The translations under genes and the position numbers were made by a program. Below the pieces are notes generated by a model. It was not told where the DNA came from, ran no database searches, and saw nothing but the letters and a program-made list of their open reading frames with translations. From assembly GCF_001194135.2 (NCBI RefSeq), contig NC_068995.1, forward strand, positions 14,290,246-14,354,245: a stretch of 64,000 nt of DNA. Direction: 5' to 3'. Positions 54,298 through 64,000 of the stretch are shown here, piece after piece; within the stretch, counting starts at the first letter, position 1, and each line of letters begins with the position of its first letter. Source of the DNA: Octopus bimaculoides (taxonomy: Eukaryota).

Positions 54298-54444
54298 GTC
54301 AGTATCCTGCTTATTTATTAATTTCGCATTCTTTTCGCTTTGTAATTATCTCTTGCTGTAAAATTATAATTTGGTTGTGTTGCAATTGGAATTTGACTGT
54401 TATAGATCCAAGTTATGACATATTATTATTTATATAATTTGCAG

Positions 54445-54575
54445 GAGAGTACCTGGTATCTGTTAAATTTAACGATGAACACATCCCAGAGTCACCTTTC
54501 AGAGTGGCCATTTCGCCAAGTGTTGGAGATGCTCAAAAACTCTCAGTTCATTCTCTTCAAGAGAAAGGATTGCAG
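54445..54575 (+). CDS. FLNA: Filamin exon: R21/R22
   Basis: ttgcag acceptor, gtaata donor, 131 nt; ends SLQEKGLQ. Confidence 0.95.
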
Positions 54576-55397
54576 GTAATATTGCTAACGTTGTATTCTC
54601 TTTTTGACAGAATAAGAGGTTATATATATATATATAAATAACCACAGATCTTCTCAGTTGTAAACAGAGGTTCCAGCCATGACCATCTCCTCTTTAATAG
54701 GTCTTGAAAATATTGTCCAGTGTCTCAGTCTGGTGCAGCCTTCTAGTATGCCTGGCCACTCAAACCGTCCAACCCATGCCAGCATGGACAACCGACATTA
54801 AATGATGATTTGCATAAATGATTTAGAACAACTTCCTTTTGGAATGATTGCTTCATATGTCACTCCCTACCCAGAAAAAGAAGAAACGTTTACTTTTGCT
54901 GTGTAAAGTACAAACATAGCTTAGTGGTTTAGAAGTTTGCCTCTTGACTGTGATTTTGTTATTAGTCCCATTGTTGCAAGACGTTTGGATAATACTTTGA
55001 AAGTTAATTTGATCAATAGAAACTGTACAAAGCCCATTGTTTATGTCGGTGTTTGCATGGTTATTCATGTTAGCTTATATATCAACTTGTGCAGAAAGAC
55101 AATTTGATATTAACGAAGGGTCACCAAATGGTTTTTAGTAGAGCACATATCAATTTTTACAAGGGAATGATTGATTCTTTGAAGTTTCATCTGGTTTACC
55201 ATCTGGTTTACCATCACATACATACAAGTGTGTGTGTTTGTGTGAATTTTAGTTTTGAACATAGTGTTGCATGGGTTCATAAAAATAACTAAATTGAGTT
55301 TAAGGATCTTTTCTAGATGTCATCCCTTAATTTTGATGTCAAAGAGTTTGTAAGAATTTAAAACCTTTATTCATTAGTTTTTGTTGTTCCTTTCTAG

Positions 55398-55515
55398 GTA
55401 AACAAGCCTGCCGTCTTCAAAGTGTCTTTCAATGGTGCTCATGGCAAACTGCTTGCAAAGGTTGTTTCACCCTCTGGAGTAGAGGATGATGCTTTAGTCA
55501 ATGAAATTAATGAAG
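55398..55515 (+). CDS. FLNA: Filamin exon: R22
   Basis: ttctag acceptor, gtaatt donor, 118 nt. Confidence 0.94.
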
Positions 55516-56370
55516 GTAATTATATTTATTGTATTGGTCTTTGTAAGTTGTTTCCCTCCTTTTTATTTTATTTTTCCCCCCCCTTCCATGTTCTGCTTGT
55601 TAACAACTTATTTAACCCTTTGAACTCAGGGGATGTAAAAAGTGAGTGGTCACATGGTTTTGTGTTTGCCTGGCTCTCTGTTGGTTACAACGATGAGTGT
55701 CCCAGTCGATCCAATCAACAGAACAATCTGCTCATGAAATATGATGTGCAATTGGCTAAGCACTTAACAAATACGCGTACACTTAATGTAGTTCTCTGGG
55801 AGACACAGCATGATGCAGAATACGACTAGGCTGGCCCTTTGAACTACAGGTACAAATCATTTTTGCCAGCTGAGTGGACTGGAGTAACAAGAAATAAAGT
55901 CTTGCTCAATGACACAATACAGAGCTGAGACTAGAACTCGAGGCTTTCTGAACATGAGCTAAATGTCTCAGTCATGAAACCATATATCTTTAGTGTTTAT
56001 GGCTGACTGAAAATAAAATGGTTTCTGCGAATTAAAGCTATGTGGCTGCTTGTTTTTAGATCTTACAGGGGATAGTTAAATGAAATTGCACCTTCTAAAG
56101 CATACTCAGGTTCAAAGGGTTAAAACTGTATTTGTAGCCATAAGAAAATAGAAAAAAAAAAAAGAGATTATCTAAAATTGTATTTCAGCAAATATTGACT
56201 TTAATGTATTTCAATAACTTTTATTTCTAACATCAAATGAGTTTTATTTTTAGCTTAAAATGTTTTGTAAATATATTTCAATTATAGTCGTACTCTCTAA
56301 AAGGAAAATATAACAAATTACAAATTGTTTATAATGTTTAGACAAGAAAGACCTTACTTTTCTCCTTCAG

Positions 56371-56397
56371 CCCAGAAAACACTACCTTCCAGAGTAG
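56371..56397 (+). CDS. FLNA: Candidate 27-nt microexon inside R22 (AQKTLPSRV)
   Basis: cttacttttctccttcag acceptor and TAG|gtaaga donor, phase 1-1, no stop. Confidence 0.55.
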   Translation, partial: PRKHYLPE

Positions 56398-57662
56398 GTA
56401 AGAGTGCCTTGTCACTGCTGACACAAGACTCACATTTCGGCCCATTCTGACATATTTCTGACTGTTTTTAGTCAGAAATAGTTGGTTGAATGCAGTCACC
56501 TCCTCCTCCTCCTACCTATTTATTCATTTTATTTTACCAATCACTCATCTGTTTTTGCAAATTTTAATTTTTTTTTTTTTTTTTTTTAATTAAATATTAA
56601 AACAGATTCTCTATTTTTGCACAAAATTCTTATTCCCCTATAAAGCAACTCTTAATTTTTATTTTATTTTGAAGAAGCGTTTTACTACTGTCTTTTATCT
56701 AACCATTTCTCATTAAAAAAAAGGAATCGGTTAATATTTCATTCCTTACATATATCTCATTAATATTTTAACGCTCGTCTCATTCATACATTTTTCCAGT
56801 AAGTAAATAAAATGAAGATTTTATAGCAGTAACCATATCTTAATTTTCATCATAGTTATACTTCTTGACATTTTTACCATGCTGACATCAGTTCCATTAG
56901 ATCTACAATACCATTTACATTGCAACAATGTACTTCATTCTGCCTTTGGCACATGTTTTGATTAGATTTTATTCACACTTAAAACACAATAGATTTCTCA
57001 CATCATTAGCATGATATTCTAAATTTGAAGAGGCAGGACATAACCTATTGAATTCAATTTAGTACATGTTCACTACTGAATATGATCTCATGCAAGACAG
57101 ATAAAAGCCAAAAGTTGATTTTATTCCAGTAAATAATAATAATATTAATCTGTAGTATACATCATTTTAGTTGAGCAGTAATCTTGTTTCTTGATTGTTA
57201 TTGGTGTTTTCTGCAAATGTCATCAAATTCTGGTAGCTAAGGGAGAAAAAGCCTGTAGCTTTCCATTATCTCTCAGACCTAGTCTTGAAAATTTCAGGCA
57301 TTAGTTTTGGAGAATATTCTTGGAATCTATAATCCTGAAAATAAATTGAAGAGCTTTATAACTAAAGATTCCATAATCTCTTTGTAAGCTCTATTATGAA
57401 GCACAATTATATACACACACCTACACTTTATTTTGGGGTTAACAAGGCTATGTCTCCATTTTGGAGAAAAACACCAATGTTCCCATGAGGCAGACTTGAT
57501 AATTAAATTCGGCATGAAACCATTGGTAGACTTGATAACCCACAAATAAAGAATATCTATTCACCAGTGCAGTATTGATCATTCATTCTCACTGTTCAAT
57601 ATTAATGTGTGTATATATATATGTGTGTGTGTGTATGTATGTATGTATATATATATATATAC

Positions 57663-57704
<42 letters not shown>

Positions 57705-59680
57705 TTATTATTAATCAGTGGAAGTTACAAAGTAACATATGAGTGGAAAGTTTCATACAGAAACACTGACCAAACTTAAGTGCTTTGTCTGAAACAACTG
57801 GCCCTTATGTCACTTTTATAACATCTACCAATTAAAAAAAAAATATGCATGTATACTCATTGAGTTTTATTTGTCCTGTCTGTTCTACCATATATATATA
57901 ACATTTGTGTGTGTGTTCATGTCTAAGACTGGGTTCACTAGTCACCAACAACTGTCGGGTTAGACGAAAGAGCTGACTTCTGTCTGTTCCTGACAAAAGA
58001 TTGTATGACATGCAGCACTTGAAGATTTGCAAATTTAATATCAGCTTAAAGGCATTTATCTTTCATACTGATATTCACATTTGCATCTTTCTTTATAAAG
58101 TCTGCCCAAAAGACACATAAGAGCTTAGCAGACTTTAAAAGAGTCTGTTACAAGTGCAGTTTTAATGGGCAGTGATGGTCTTCCTCAGACATAAATGTAT
58201 GTGTGTGTATATATATATATCTATATATATATATAAACTTACTGAAGGTTAACATTATAATTACCTTAATCACTTTGCAGGACACATTTTCACAAATTAT
58301 ATTTTGTGTGTATGTGCATGCATGTGTGTGTATATGCACATAATTTGTGTTTAATTTTTTTTTTTTTTTTGCATTGCTTTTCATATAAACATTTTTGTTA
58401 GCAATCATCATTAATTTGCATCATGCTAATTAATTTTAGCTATTGTACACCTGTTTGTCATCAAATCTCTCATTAATTCTTAAGCCTCAGCAACTTAGTC
58501 ATTTCCCCCTTCCTTCACTACCTTAAACCTGCTGCTTTTGATTTGAGACACACACACACACACACACACACACACTTATATTACATTTTATACCACATTT
58601 AAATGACTACAGCAGGCAGGCCCAGGTGATAGTGTACTGGTACCTAATTATTAATAATATAAATACACTCTCCACTAGTATCACACTTAATACATCCTAT
58701 TAATACTGTGGCTTTTGTTTCTTGTAAATATGTCCCGTAGTGTGATCTATTGGGTGTCCCGATTGGGCTTAGAGTTACTGGTGCATTGAAGAGTGAAACT
58801 ATGAATTCTATCACTGAATCTGTAGAGAAGGCCACCAGGTGACTTTTTGGGATAAAGAGGACTGACCGGCAGTCTACTGCTATCAGTATACAGGCTGGAA
58901 CTTGATCAACCCCAGCTGGGCAAAACCCAAAACTTTGAGACCTCAGAAACTTCACTGACTATGCATCCCAGAGCATCCACAAGACAGGTCTTAAAACTAT
59001 GATGTTGGTCATAATTTATGACCATATATTTTCAGTTTTTCTATTAACTGAACTACCAAGCACATTGAATTGTCACATAAGTGGCTGAGTATCTCACACA
59101 CACAAGTATTCTTAAAGTAATTCTGTTATGGAATTGGCATGACAAAGCTGAACCTTTTCACTGTCAGATACAATCCATCTGACAGGCTTCCATGCAGTTC
59201 CTGTCTCTCCAGTTACACTTGCTAGATACAAGGTAATCTGAGAATATAGAAAATGACACTTGCTCAAGATATCTTGCAGTGGAATTGAACTCAGAACCTT
59301 GTAATCATCAAGTGAATTTCTTAACCATTCAACTATACATAATTTCCTAACATGTATATGGTTAATTGAAAATTAAAGATGATAGTTTCTGCCATTTGTT
59401 ATCATTGATGCACATGCATGCATGCATGCATACAAACACATGCTGTCATTAGTATGAACAAAGATGAAAGCACTCAATATGAACAGCTATATGTGTATCA
59501 TACTTAATATAAATACATAGTTGAAAGGCAAGCATGCCCATCCATCAGAGATGTTATCTCTGGACAAATACTACAGTTAATTTACCCTTTCACTGTATTT
59601 ACATTATGATACACAGATGGCTATTTTAATCTGTTCTTTTGCATAAGATGGATTTGATATGATTGAGAGTATAGAATCTA

Positions 59681-59900
59681 TTGAGTTGGTGCGTAATTAT
59701 TGCAACTTTTTTCAACAAATTTAATTCGACGAAAACAATAACAATATTTAACAAAAACATCTTTAAATGAGGGTCTGACTGTCTGCCAAGCAAATGGGAA
59801 GCAGTAATTGAAGTAGATGGTGAATATGCTTCGGAAGAATCATTTAAAGATGTTTTTGTTACATGTTGTTTTTGTTGAATAAAATTTGTTGAAAAAAGCC
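59681..59900. mobile_element. Mariner-derived MITE, truncated by an N gap
   Basis: Follows TA and has long inverted arms; the internal frame reads DCLPSKWEAVIEVDGEY, like the mariner transposase C-terminal LPxRWxxVIxxxGxY motif. Confidence 0.75.
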
Positions 59901-60900
59901 NNNNNNNNNNTATATAAATAATATTAGGGACAGAATCCAAAATTACAGGTAAAAAACTCAATTAAAATCAATTTATTAAAATTAAATTGAGCCTTATAGA
60001 TAAAGTATATATAAAATATATAGTTTTAGGGAAAATATATATATGAAAAGATACATAACATTTAACTGTATGTAGACATACTGATAACTTCATGGTGTTT
60101 GAACAGATATTGTGAAACTTCTTATCTCATTTATCTTCCTATATATATACATATATAAAACTTCATTTTTGCCGTTAAGATGTATTAGGGTTATTTCTCT
60201 CTTACATGACACTGGTGTACATTTTTATTTGGCCTTTTTATACATTGCTTATGTGTCACACATAATCACTTATTTTTGTTTAAATTTACATTCTGCTGTG
60301 TTTCAATCGTTAGAGTAAACTGTAGTTCATTTTAAACCATTAACGTTTTGTTTATTAATTTTGTCTACAATTTTGTTTTTAAGTGAAACTAATTTAAATA
60401 TGTCTATCTGCCATTGTTAGATATACAACAGCTCAAATATTTTTTTTTGCTTTGACTTACAAATAAAAAATAAAATCCATGTTAGTGGGTAGATCCACAT
60501 TACTCTGTAAGAAGCATAGGCTTGACTTCCTGGTTTCTCAGGTGTATATATTCCTTCCTGAATGGGACGCTAGCCCATCGCAGGATTACTCATTTTTACC
60601 AGCTGAGTGGACTGGAACAACATGAAGTGCTTTGCTCAAGAACACAACTCATTGCCCAGTCCAGAAATTGAAACTACAATCTTACAGCCATAACCACAAA
60701 GCCATGTACCTTCACTAGATATTCTATGGTGGTAATAAATTAGTATTTGTTTGCTCTCCCTGCCAGTTTTCTCAAGATATTTGAAAACTTTGTAGAAATT
60801 AGAACCATTTAATGTGGCTTGTGAAAGAAAATTTTAGTGATTTACTTTGTAACTTTAGGTCAAGGTATTGGTTTGACAGAAACCTGGATTTGTCTTTGGT

Positions 60901-60931
<31 letters not shown>

Positions 60932-62078
60932 GTAATATTTATGTAGCATTGGTTAAGTCTGACTTCCATAAAGATTGTTCTAAGAGCACCATTTGTCTTT
61001 ATATATTGAGGTCTTTATGGCTGATTGATATCGGTTTAGCCCAGGGGGTAGGTAGCTCATTTTTAAGCATAGTATATCCAGGACTACATTATAAAATGCT
61101 ACTTTCTTTTCAAAAATGGTTTGGTGTGATTTTTGAGTAAGATTTACTTGATATTTCTAGCAGATCAAGCAACCATGTCAAGAGTCTTGTTGGGTGGTAT
61201 AATTCACTGCTGTAGGCACCAGTACTGCAATGGAACTCTGTGAACCTACAGTGCTAAGTTCTATTGCTCCTGTGGGAAGTCTATTTTGAGCAAAATCTTA
61301 GGCCAGTGGGAGATTCAACACATGGAGTGGGGTGGCAGTTAAACACAGGAGATTAGCTGTGAACCTGGGGATCTTTTGATTCAGATATATAAATGATCTA
61401 GTTTAACCTAATTATATTTCAGTATACCTTCATTTTATCTATGTGTGTGTATATACATACACAGACACACTCACATACACATAGTTTTGGCATTTTAAAA
61501 AAGGAAAATTTAAAGTTAATACAATGGCATTTTGGTCTAGACACTTCAGTTATACAAGTAATTAATCATTTCATTTTTTCTTGTTTTTGTTGTCTTTAAT
61601 GTGTAATATCTTATGCAGCATGGCTATATTTTTCATCATAATGAAGCTTTTGATATTTTTTTTTACTTTTTGTTGTTACTTTAAAAAAATATTTGTTTAA
61701 TCTTGTAAATGATTCCACATGTGAACAGTTTTTATGCAACAAGTAAAAACAAAAACAAAAAAAAAATTGCTTAATGCACACCAGCACTTAATGAATATTT
61801 TCTTTTTTCGTCTATTTAACATCATGTAGCTTTGGCTTTTAAAGATATTTTAAAACCTTGTGCTATATTATATATAAACTTGCAGAGTTTCTCATTTCTT
61901 ACTTTAGCTTTAATAGTTTAAGTTCTTCATTATTCTTTTTCTGTTTCAGAATATCTTTAGTTTTATGAATTAAAACAATCAAAATATTGGTGCACCCTTT
62001 TGCTTATGAAAATATTTTATAATTAAGCAAACTGCAAATACCTCTGCTTCTTGTTAATTTGTTTTTTCTCTTTTTAAG

Positions 62079-62249
62079 GTGAATATGCTGTCAGTTTCAT
62101 CCCTAAAGAAAATGGAACTCACCTTGTCCATGTTACTTTCGATGGTTGTCACATCCCAGGCAGTCCTTTCAGAGTACTTGTTGGCAAAGTTGATGCTGAT
62201 CCAGGAAGGGTCACTGCTTACGGAGAAGGCTTATATCAAGGACGTACAC
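62079..62249 (+). CDS. FLNA: Filamin exon: R22/R23
   Basis: tttaag acceptor, gtaagt donor, 171 nt; GEYAVSFIPKENGTH...GSPFRV. Confidence 0.95.
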
Positions 62250-62419
62250 GTAAGTAACTATTAGTCTTTGACTTGGAGCAATATTGTCTTAAGGCATGGG
62301 CACACTAGGCTGTTTCCCAGAAGTCCCTGAAATCCCAGTGATGCTAAGATGGCTCTGACTTGGAAGCTAGTTCTGTTTGCTATCAATTTGAAGGAAATTG
62401 TTGAATCTTTTGTTTCGGT

Positions 62420-62730
62420 CATTACACTGCAGCCATGCTGGAGCACCACCTTCAAGAGTTTCTAGTTGAATAAATCAAACCCAATACCTTTTATTATTAT
62501 TATTTTTTTAAAGCCTGGTACTTATTTTATTGGTCTTTTTGCTGAACCTCTAAGTTATGGGGATGTAAACAAACCAAGCAGTTGTGGAGGACCACTCACA
62601 ATGAGCTTCTTTTCAGTTTTTCTCTACCAAATCTACTTGTGAGGCTATAAGATGACATTTACCCAAGGTGCCACGCAGTCTGACTGAACTTGAAACTATG
62701 TGGTTGGGAAGCAAGCTTCTCAACCACATA
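62420..62730 (-). mobile_element. Second SINE family copy (others near 9540, 25530, 25820, 31690, 38090, 40020, 43050, 44150, 59200)
   Basis: Recurrent tctaccaaatt/ccactcacaaggc...gacacttgcccaaggtgccac..gactgaacc...tggttgggaagcaa motif. Confidence 0.7.
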
Positions 62731-63390
62731 TGTCCCTATATTGAACTTCTTGATTCGTTCAAACAAGTTTTCCAATTTAGCCTCCTCCAAATTTTTTCTC
62801 TCTAAATCCATTGAAGAACATTATTTGTAAGAGTCAATTTTGATGGAACTTTGTATTCTAAATGAAAAAAATTTTTTTTTTTTAAATACGGATTATTTTA
62901 AAGGATTTTGCAGATTATTTAAAAATTTAATTTCAGAATAATAAACAGAAAATTTGAATTTCATATTTTAATGAAATATCTAATTTCTATATTACCTTGT
63001 ATAGATGTATCTAAAACTAAGATATGTTTGTGTTGGCCAGTGATATGGCATTTTAAATGTAAAAATATTTTTTTGTAGTTTTTATTTTTATGCCATTGGA
63101 ATCCGTTTTCAAATATCTAATTTTTTTTTATTTAAAAAAAGAGATGGCAGTTAACTTTCTAATAGACTCTTTGACTGCAATTCACCTAAGACCATACCTA
63201 GTTTTATAAGGCAAAGCTCATTTTAAATTACTCATCTTTTAATAATTTTGCATTCAGAAAATAAAAAAAGTTAATTTAAAACCCTCTAGGTAATATATTT
63301 CTTGATGTATGGTCGCAAAGGTATTAAGCTGTTGCTAAAAACCTACAGTGCAAATGAAAGCTTAATGTGGTTTGAATTTCGTTTTTGTAG

Positions 63391-63606
63391 GTCAAGTAGC
63401 CAAATTCATAATTAGCACAGTTAATGCCGGCTCTGGTGCATTAGCCGTTACTGTTGAAGGCCCATCTAAGGTGAAATTAGACTGCCGAGAAGTTGAAGAA
63501 GGATATGAATTCAGCTACACACCAACAGCACCCGGAGACTATCTTATTAATATCCGTTATGGTGGAGTTGGTATTGCTGGTTCTCCATTCAAAGCAAAGA
63601 TTACAG
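63391..63606 (+). CDS. FLNA: Filamin exon: R23
   Basis: ttgtag acceptor, gtaggc donor, 216 nt; [26 protein letters not shown]...GSPFKAKIT; not in the ORF track. Confidence 0.95.
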
Positions 63607-63611
63607 GTAGG

Positions 63612-64000
63612 CTCTCTCTTTCTCCTCTCCTCTCTCTCTCTTTTTCTTCTCTCTTTTCTTTCTCTCTCTCCTCTTTCTCTCTCTCTCTCTCTTTTTTCTC
63701 TCTCTCCCTTTCTCTTTCTCTCTCTCTCTCCCTTTCTCTTTCTCTCCCTTTCTCTTTCTCTCCCTTTCTCTTTCTCTCCCTTTCTCTTTCTCTCCCTTTC
63801 TCTTTCTCTCCCTTTCTCTTTCTCTCCCTTTCTCTTTCTCTCCCTTTCTCTTTCTCTCCCTTTCTCTTTCTCTCCCTTTCTCTTTCTCTCCCTTTCTCTC
63901 CCTTTCTCTCCCTTTCTCTTTCTCTCTCTTTCTCTCTCTTTCTCTCTCTTTCTCTCTCTTTCTCTCTCTTTCTCTCTCTTTCTCTCTCTTTCTCTCTCTT
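63612..64000. repeat. CT-rich tandem repeat (TCTCTTTCTCTCCCTT-like units grading to TCTCTCTCTT)
   Basis: Pure pyrimidine tract starting just after the R23 exon donor. Confidence 0.95.

Larger units (their letters stand above)
6416..63606 (+). other. FLNA: Filamin gene (partial; 35 visible core exons, CH1 end to Ig repeat 23 equivalent)
   Basis: Exons translate to filamin hallmarks ([24 protein letters not shown]...SPF Ig repeats). All junctions are GT-AG and exon lengths agree with phases throughout. The symbol denotes the family (invertebrate FLNA/cheerio-like), not 1:1 orthology. Confidence 0.97.

Noticed and set aside
58644-58955. 103-aa minus-strand ORF in GC-richer sequence; similarly 49620-49808
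   Set aside because: No recognisable domain or splice context; probably repeat relics.

Overview
Eukaryotic, AT-rich, repeat-laden scaffold. The SINE/MITE content and microsatellite-flanked N gaps suggest an octopus/cephalopod draft genome (inference). From 6416 onward the window is occupied by one + strand filamin gene (FLNA/cheerio-type actin cross-linker), preceded by an upstream intron. I traced 35 GT-AG exons (6416-63606) with consistent phases, running from the end of CH1 through CH2, the Ig repeats and hinge 1 to the repeat equivalent to human R23. The 5' end and R24 lie outside the window. Equivalents of human R7 and R10 are absent, and the ~41-aa R19/R20 exon is not visible (probably in an N gap). 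The main finding is a hidden isoform layer the ORF track does not explain: a probable internal first exon (47468-47606) for a short C-terminal filamin, in-frame microexons (21 nt in hinge 1, 27 nt in R22), and a 570-nt exon whose skipping removes exactly two repeats in register. Introns hold hAT and mariner MITEs, SINEs and a Penelope-type minimal hammerhead-like motif. All isoform claims are sequence-based inferences that need RNA data.
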